Positions 58,060 to 64,000 of a stretch of DNA of 64,000 bases are shown piece by piece. The notes below the pieces were generated by a model. It had not been told where the DNA came from and did no database searches. It saw only the letters and a list, made by a program, of their open reading frames with translations. Origin of the DNA: Candidatus Multivoradales bacterium (lineage in GTDB: Bacteria > Acidobacteriota > Thermoanaerobaculia > Multivoradales > Multivoraceae); NCBI GenBank assembly GCA_965223325.1, contig CBDCWI010000001.1, positions 1,056,001-1,120,000 of the forward strand, written 5' to 3'. The position numbers were made by a program, and so were the translations under genes. Numbering within the stretch: position 1 is the first letter of the stretch; every line of letters starts with the position of its first letter.

Positions 58060-59112
58060 ATGGCTCGCCTGTTTCCGTTGTTCATCACCCTCGCGGCACT
58101 CTTGGGGCTGATCTTCGTCTGCGCCCAGCGCCACGCCGGCCTCATTCAAACCGAGCTGCTCGCGGACGTGCGATCCGCACTTGCCGACGAAGACTTCGCG
58201 ACCGTGGCCACCAGCGTGCATTGGCGCGACATCACTCTCAGCGGCTCAGTCGACAGCGAAGAAGACCGAGCGCGCGCCCACGAGCTCGCACAGAGTGTCT
58301 GGGGCGTCCATGACGTCGTGAGCGATCTCGAGGTGAGGGTCCTGCCAAAACCTTCCTTCGAGCTCGACTTCGAACGCGGGCAGGTCGTGCTCAGCGGTGT
58401 GGTCAACCGTGAGGCAGCGGTAAGAAACATCGAGGCCGGCGCCACCTCAATCTACGGCGAGGACGGTTTCCGAAACCAACTCACGACAAACGACGTCCAG
58501 GCGTCGTCATGGCTCGCCAACCTGGTCGAGGTGCTGCGAGCCCACGCCGACGCCGAAGGCGGCCTCGAGACCACCGGGTTCCGCATCGCCAGCGATCGCA
58601 TGACCTTGTTCGGTCAGGTACCGAGTACCGAGCTCAGAGAGCAGATCGCCAACCAGATCGCTCTGGTCGTGCCCGATCTGGTGATCGACAATCAGATCCA
58701 GGTAGTTGGCGCAGAGACGCAGATCGCCGAGATCCTCGACCTCGAAGTCATCGAGTTCGAGACCGACAGCGACCAACTCACCGCCGAAGGCCGCCGCATC
58801 GCCCTACGAGTGCGCGCGATCCTCGCGCGCATCGGCGACTTCGAGATCGAGGTCGGCGGCCACACGGACTCGGTCGGCGACTCGGCCTACAACCGCGACC
58901 TGTCTCGGCGGCGCGCACTCACCGTCGTCCGAACACTCAGCGAGACCTTGCCCCGCGACCAGTTCACTGTCAGGGGCTTCGGCGAAGAGCGCCCCATTGC
59001 AGACAACGAAACCGAGGCAGGGCGTCAGAAGAACCGCCGCATCGAGTTTCGCTTCCTGCGTGGCGGAACGATCGCCAGTGCGCCCGACGCCGGCGATGCG
59101 CCTCCAGGTTGA
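58060..59112 (+). CDS. BON-domain + OmpA-like peptidoglycan-binding protein (ArfA/Rv0899-like architecture)
   Basis: N-term TM; three BON-like units (ITLSGSV...GVHDVVSDL; VVLSGVV...NQL; MTLFGQVP...IDNQIQV); IEFETDS, IEVGGHTDSVG, NRDLSRRRA, GRQKNRRIEF; GAGGAG RBS. Confidence 0.9.
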   Translation: MARLFPLFITLAALLGLIFVCAQRHAGLIQTELLADVRSALADEDFATVATSVHWRDITLSGSVDSEEDRARAHELAQSVWGVHDVVSDLEVRVLPKPSFELDFERGQVVLSGVVNREAAVRNIEAGATSIYGEDGFRNQLTTNDVQASSWLANLVEVLRAHADAEGGLETTGFRIASDRMTLFGQVPSTELREQIANQIALVVPDLVIDNQIQVVGAETQIAEILDLEVIEFETDSDQLTAEGRRIALRVRAILARIGDFEIEVGGHTDSVGDSAYNRDLSRRRALTVVRTLSETLPRDQFTVRGFGEERPIADNETEAGRQKNRRIEFRFLRGGTIASAPDAGDAPPG

Positions 59113-59188
59113 GCCAACTCTCTATGCCCCGAACGTTCCAAGAACTCGATTCATACTCCACTGACGCTTCGTCGAGAGGTTCCGCAAG

Positions 59189-60814
59189 ATGACCGGACTG
59201 TCCTACGTAATCGCTGAGATCTGGCTCTGCCTGCTGCTGGCCGCCGCCCTGGGCGCGCTCGCCGCCTGGCTCTGGAGTCGAAGTCGCGCCGCTCTCGACT
59301 TGAGAGACGCAGAAGAGCGCTGGGCGCTGCGTCTGGCGACGGCGGAAAACGAAACCCAGACTGCGCGGGCCGAGCTTTCCGAGGTCACCAACCAGAGGTC
59401 TGCCCTCGCCGCCTCGGTCGAGACCCTGGAGGGCGCGGTCGGCGATTGGGAAAGCCGCTTCTCAACCATAGACCGCGATCTGATCGCGGCCAGGTCGGAA
59501 CTCACCCGCGCGACGGCTCGGATCGGGACGCTCGAGTCCGAGCTCGGCGACGCAACGCGCCTCGGCGCTGAGCGGGCGACACGGATCGAAGCCCTCGAGA
59601 AAGAGCTCGCCGAGCGTCACGACGCCCTTTCACGGCTCGAGAAGCAGCTCGACGGAAAGTCCACCGACATCCGAGAGCTGGAGCAGCAGCTGGCTAGCGC
59701 ACGATCCGGGGTGAACGAGCGCGATGCGCGCCTGCAAGAGCTCGAGCGTGACCTCGCTGCGGCCCGCGGCGATGCCGACGAACGCGCCGCACTCATTGGG
59801 TCGCTCGAGGGGCGACTGTCGCGAGCCAGCGAGCTCGAGCACGAAGCGGCAGCGCTCAGAATCGACCTCGACAACGAGAGCCAGCGGGCCAGCGGCCTGG
59901 CGACACAACTGGCAGCGGCAACGGCAGCCGGGGAAAAGGTGTCGGAACTGGAGCAGAAAGTCAGGAGCCTCGGCGGGATCAGTGAACGCGCGATGCAGCT
60001 CGAAGAGCAGGTCAACCGGCTGCGCCCCTTCGAAACCCGAGCCTCAGAGCTCGAGACCGAGCTCGCTATCCTCGGCGCTCTGCCCGAAAAACTCCGCGCA
60101 GCCGAAGAGAACAACCAGAGGCTTCAGAGTCGGGCCGTACGTGCCGACCAGTTCGAGAGCCAGGTCACACAACTGAACGCCCGCGTAGCCGCCCTCCAAC
60201 CGTACGAGCGCCGAGTCCGGGAACTCGAAGAACGCCTCGAGGACGCCGCGGTCATTCGCGAGCGCGCGGCCCGCCTCGAACACGAGGTGAGCCGGCTAGA
60301 AGCCGCAGTGCGCGTCTCCGGTTCGCAGGTTGATCTGGGCCCCGAGCTCGAAAGAGAACGCAACCAGCATCGCCGGGTCCGCGCCAGGCTCCACGAACAG
60401 GGCGCTACGATCAAGCGCCTCGAAGCGCTGCTCAAGCGCCACCGCGCACGGTTGCGCGAAGCGGAGAACCGGGCGCGCAGAATGCCGGTTGCCACGCCGC
60501 TCGAGAAAGAGGTCGCCGAACCGCTGCGCAAGAAGAAGGTCATCGCGAAAAGGAAGGTCAAGAAGAGAGCCGCAAGAACGGCCACTCGCGATGACCTGAA
60601 GAAGATCCACGGAATCGGCCCGGCTCTCGAGCGGCTCCTCAACAAACACGGAGTGACCCACTTCCGGCACATCGCTCGCTGGGAAGCGAAGGACGTCAAG
60701 AAGTTCAGCGCCCTTCTCGAGGAGAAGGGCTGGTTCCCTGGCCGTATCACCCGCGACCGCTGGAAGGTCGGCGCCAGGAAAGAGCACCGCCTCAAGTACG
60801 ACGAGAAGCTCTGA
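59189..60814 (+). CDS. Membrane-anchored long coiled-coil protein with C-terminal HhH (DDLKKIHGIGP) domain
   Basis: YVIAEIWLCLLLAAALGALAAWLW anchor; extended heptad region; DDLKKIHGIGPALERLLNKHGVTHFRHIARW...GRITRDRW. Confidence 0.85.
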   Translation: MTGLSYVIAEIWLCLLLAAALGALAAWLWSRSRAALDLRDAEERWALRLATAENETQTARAELSEVTNQRSALAASVETLEGAVGDWESRFSTIDRDLIAARSELTRATARIGTLESELGDATRLGAERATRIEALEKELAERHDALSRLEKQLDGKSTDIRELEQQLASARSGVNERDARLQELERDLAAARGDADERAALIGSLEGRLSRASELEHEAAALRIDLDNESQRASGLATQLAAATAAGEKVSELEQKVRSLGGISERAMQLEEQVNRLRPFETRASELETELAILGALPEKLRAAEENNQRLQSRAVRADQFESQVTQLNARVAALQPYERRVRELEERLEDAAVIRERAARLEHEVSRLEAAVRVSGSQVDLGPELERERNQHRRVRARLHEQGATIKRLEALLKRHRARLREAENRARRMPVATPLEKEVAEPLRKKKVIAKRKVKKRAARTATRDDLKKIHGIGPALERLLNKHGVTHFRHIARWEAKDVKKFSALLEEKGWFPGRITRDRWKVGARKEHRLKYDEKL

Positions 60815-60906
60815 CCGGAAGGCGGAACGAGGTCCTCGACATCTAGCCCGGGTGTTCTAGAACCAGAGCAGCAGCTGACAGCGGGTTAAAGATAGTCTCG
60901 GCGGCC

Positions 60907-62235
60907 ATGCGAACCGCCTGGCTTCATCCCGATCGACCCTTCGCGCCGTCGCGCCTGCCGTTTTTCTACGGCTGGCCGATCGTCGTGCTTTCGACTGTCG
61001 CGGTCGCGTTCTCGATCCCCGGGCAGACGATGGGGGTCTCGGTGTTCACCGATTCCCTGCTCGAGGCGACGGGGTTGACGCGGCTCCAGTTCTCGACCGC
61101 TTATCTGGTGGGCACTCTGACCAGCGGCTTCCTCCTGCCCTTCGGCGGGCGACTGCTCGATCGCTACGGCTCGCGGCTCATCGGCGCGGGTGCCGCGCTG
61201 TTGCTCGCTTCGACCCTGGTTTCACTCAGCTTCCTGGGAGAGAAGACGCCGACCGTCGGCCCCGGTGGAACACAGCTAGCCCAGGTCTTCGCCATCATGG
61301 CCTTCGGTTTCGCGGTCTTGCGCTGGAGCGGTCAGGGCATGTTGACGCTCACCGGTCGCACCACGATGGCGCGCTGGTTCGATCGCCGGCGCGGCGTCGT
61401 CGCGGCGTTCTCCGGTGCTTTCGTGAGTTTCACTTTCTCGCTCGCGCCAACGTTTCTGCTTGCCTGGATTACCGCGTCTGGGTGGCGCAGCGCTTGGCGC
61501 GAGATGGCCGTCGCCCTGACCGGACTCGCCGTCCTGGCGGTCCTCTTCTTTCGTGACACGCCCGAAGAGTGTGGCCTCGAGCTCGACGGCAAAGAGCCAC
61601 CGCGGGAGACTGACGCCCCTTCCAACGCCGCCAAAGAGAGCGCTGCGGCGCACGATGCCACTCGTTCGGAGGCGCTGGCCACGCGCGCCTTCTGGGTTTT
61701 TACCCTGGTGATCGCGGCGCATTCCATGATGGGAACCGCGCTCACCTTTCACATTGTCGACATCGGCGCCGAGAACGGAATCAGCGAAGCGGCCGCCGTC
61801 CGGATCTTCATCCCCATTTCGATCATTGCGGTCAGCTTGAGTTTCCTGATCGGCTGGCTGGTCGACCGGATGCCGCTGATGCGCCTGGTGCGCGCGATGG
61901 CGCTTTGCGAGCTGGTGATGTTCTGGGTGGCGGCGCACCTCGGAGATCCCTTCCTCTATTGGGTCGCGGTGCTCGCCTGGGGCGCCGTGGGTGGTTTCTA
62001 CGGGCCGCTCACCGTTGCCGCCCTGCCGCGCCTCTTCGGACGCACGCACCTGGGCGCCATCGCTGGTGCAATGACCATGGTGCTGGTGCTAGCGAGCGCC
62101 CTCGGTCCGGCCTACCTGGCCTGGTTTCACGACACCACCGGCTCCTACCGGGTCGGTCTACACGTCAGCGCGGCCATCCCGCTCGTTCTGCTGATCGCCA
62201 GCATGTTCGTACGTCGCCAGGGCCGGCCGCGTTAG
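60907..62235 (+). CDS. MFS transporter
   Basis: [49 protein letters not shown]. Confidence 0.93.
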   Translation: MRTAWLHPDRPFAPSRLPFFYGWPIVVLSTVAVAFSIPGQTMGVSVFTDSLLEATGLTRLQFSTAYLVGTLTSGFLLPFGGRLLDRYGSRLIGAGAALLLASTLVSLSFLGEKTPTVGPGGTQLAQVFAIMAFGFAVLRWSGQGMLTLTGRTTMARWFDRRRGVVAAFSGAFVSFTFSLAPTFLLAWITASGWRSAWREMAVALTGLAVLAVLFFRDTPEECGLELDGKEPPRETDAPSNAAKESAAAHDATRSEALATRAFWVFTLVIAAHSMMGTALTFHIVDIGAENGISEAAAVRIFIPISIIAVSLSFLIGWLVDRMPLMRLVRAMALCELVMFWVAAHLGDPFLYWVAVLAWGAVGGFYGPLTVAALPRLFGRTHLGAIAGAMTMVLVLASALGPAYLAWFHDTTGSYRVGLHVSAAIPLVLLIASMFVRRQGRPR

Positions 62236-63999
62236 CGGCCGCGCCGCACCGCCAGTCAGAGGAGTCGAGCCCAGGAGGTCGTCGAGCTCGCACGCGAAGG
62301 CCTCGAGTTGGGCGATCGAAATCGCCAACGGGGGCTTGATCTTGATCACGTTGTGGAGTGGACCGTCGGTGCTGGCGAGGAAACCACGCTCGCGGAGGCG
62401 GTTGACCAGCCAGCGCGCTTCGGCGGCAGCAGGCTCCTTTGTCTCCCGGTCACACACGAGCTCGAACCCCAGGAAGAGTCCGCGGCCGCGCACATCGCCA
62501 ACGAGCGGGTGATGTTCCTGCATCTCCCGGAGTGCCGCGGTCAAGACTTCGCCCGCCTGAGCTGCGTGCGCCTGCAGGCCCTCGCTTTCGATCACCTCGA
62601 GCACTGCAAGCCCGACCGCGCACGACACCGGGTTGCCACCGAAGGTGTTGAAGTACTCCATGCCGTTGTTGAACTCTGCGGCGATCGCGCGGGTGGTCAC
62701 GACTCCCGCGAGCGGGTGCCCGTTGCCCATTGGCTTACCCAGGGTCACGATGTCGGGCACCACGCCATCTCCTTCGAAGGCCCAGAACGTCTCGCCAACC
62801 CGACCGAAACCGACCTGCACCTCGTCGGCAATGCACAGACCGCCGGCGCGCCGCACATGTTCGTAGGAACGCGCCAGCCAGCCAGCGGGCGGTGTGATCT
62901 GGCCGCCACACGAAAGGATCGGCTCGGCAATGAACGCCGCCAGGCCACCCCGTTGGTTGGCGAACGCTTCGGTCGCCTCGCGAACAGACTCGGCGTAGTG
63001 CGCCGCCGCGTCAGGCTCGTCATAGCCAAAAGCGCCGCGGTAGCGGCAGGGAAGCAGAGCGGTGCGCACCGTAGGCGGAGCGCCAGAACCGCCCGGGCCG
63101 TCGTGCTTGTACGGCGACACATCGATCAGAGAACTCAGGTTGCCGTGGTAGGCACCGTCGACACAAACGACGCCCCCGGGGTGCGCTTCTTCGTTGCGCC
63201 GCCTGCTGACCACCGTATGCGCGATCCGCAGCGCGAGGTCATTGGCCTCACTGCCGGAGTTGACCAGGAAGCAGACGTCGAGTGGTTCGGGAAACTTCGC
63301 CAGCAGGCGTTCGAGGTATTCGAGACGCAACGGGTGGAGGTAACGACTGTTGGTGTTGAGGACGACCGCCTGCTCCGCCATCGCCCGCACTACGCGCGGG
63401 TGACTGTGACCGACGTGGCAGACGTTGTTGACCAGGTCGATGAAGGCCTGCCCTGCCCCATCGTAGAGAACCGCTCCACGCCCACGCTCGATCACCAGCG
63501 GCTCATCGTAGGACAGGCTCAGGTTCGGCGGGACGTGCGCGGCACGACGGGCAAGGAGGTCTGGCCGGCTCGCCGGTTGCCGCTTTGCCAGGCGCCGAGC
63601 GCGCACATCGAAACCGAGAAGCGGTGACGGATCAGGAGAAAGGCTCGACCACACTGCCAGCGCGTCCGGCACTGCTACACCAAGGTAGTTGCCGCTGTGG
63701 TCGAGCGCATCGGTGATGCACTGCAGGTGGAGGTGTGGCGGCCAACCACCGTTCTCTTCCAATGCGCCGAGTCGCGCGAAGGCTTCGCGGCACTCGACCC
63801 GCTGCCCGACCGCAAGCTCGGCGATCGACTCGCGGCTGAGGTGGCCGTACAGAGTGCGCAAGTGTCGACCGCCGACTTCGATGTCATGGCGCATGATCAC
63901 CGTCGGGCCGTAGTCGAGCGGCAGGTCGTTGTCAGTAACGCTCTCGATGACCCCGGCGAGCGGCGCACGAACCGGCGTGCCCGCCGCAGCAAAAAGGTC
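62158..63999 (-). CDS. Class III PLP aminotransferase fused to an M23-peptidase-like domain, 5' end outside window
   Basis: Frame open to the window edge ([16 protein letters not shown]...DYGPTVI...TLYGHLS...[11 protein letters not shown]); [54 protein letters not shown]. Confidence 0.92.
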   Translation of the reverse strand, partial: DLFAAAGTPVRAPLAGVIESVTDNDLPLDYGPTVIMRHDIEVGGRHLRTLYGHLSRESIAELAVGQRVECREAFARLGALEENGGWPPHLHLQCITDALDHSGNYLGVAVPDALAVWSSLSPDPSPLLGFDVRARRLAKRQPASRPDLLARRAAHVPPNLSLSYDEPLVIERGRGAVLYDGAGQAFIDLVNNVCHVGHSHPRVVRAMAEQAVVLNTNSRYLHPLRLEYLERLLAKFPEPLDVCFLVNSGSEANDLALRIAHTVVSRRRNEEAHPGGVVCVDGAYHGNLSSLIDVSPYKHDGPGGSGAPPTVRTALLPCRYRGAFGYDEPDAAAHYAESVREATEAFANQRGGLAAFIAEPILSCGGQITPPAGWLARSYEHVRRAGGLCIADEVQVGFGRVGETFWAFEGDGVVPDIVTLGKPMGNGHPLAGVVTTRAIAAEFNNGMEYFNTFGGNPVSCAVGLAVLEVIESEGLQAHAAQAGEVLTAALREMQEHHPLVGDVRGRGLFLGFELVCDRETKEPAAAEARWLVNRLRERGFLASTDGPLHNVIKIKPPLAISIAQLEAFACELDDLLGSTPLTGGAARPLTRPALATYEHAGDQQNERDGRADV

Positions 64000-64000
64000 A

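Noticed and set aside
62308-63627. 439-aa plus-strand ORF
   Set aside because: Antisense shadow of the aminotransferase.

Overview
GC-rich bacterial chromosomal window with about 55 protein-coding genes. I found no rRNA, tRNA, CRISPR array, integrase or transposase. Gene content suggests a diderm, possibly Acidobacteriota/Thermoanaerobaculia-like, saline-habitat organism (inference only). Main blocks: (1) a TPR gene cut by the left edge, then a highly structured intergenic repeat zone (about 3.5 x 157-bp REP-like units, a long inverted pair, a CCAAAA microsatellite); (2) a minus-strand signalling run of ECF sigma, Ser/Thr kinase-WD40, TonB-dependent receptor, Tat-ABM, FHA and cNMP-FHA; (3) metabolic and secreted-enzyme genes; (4) a small accessory patch at 25.9-29.9 kb with a frameshifted gene; (5) a 10-gene Mrp Na+/H+ antiporter operon with three MrpD-type subunits and no intact MrpA; (6) a 5-gene alternative-complex-III/Qrc-like respiratory operon; (7) BON-OmpA plus coiled-coil/HhH pair, an MFS transporter and an M23-aminotransferase cut by the right edge. 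Best leads: the ECF-kinase-TonB receptor unit (possible FecR-free cell-surface signalling), a shared C-terminal LFxxxFExG...W tail on three unrelated secreted enzymes (candidate sorting signal), the repeat array, a CPxCG gene with an in-frame TGA, and a 32-bp operator-like dyad. Products are called from motif recognition only; no database searches were run.
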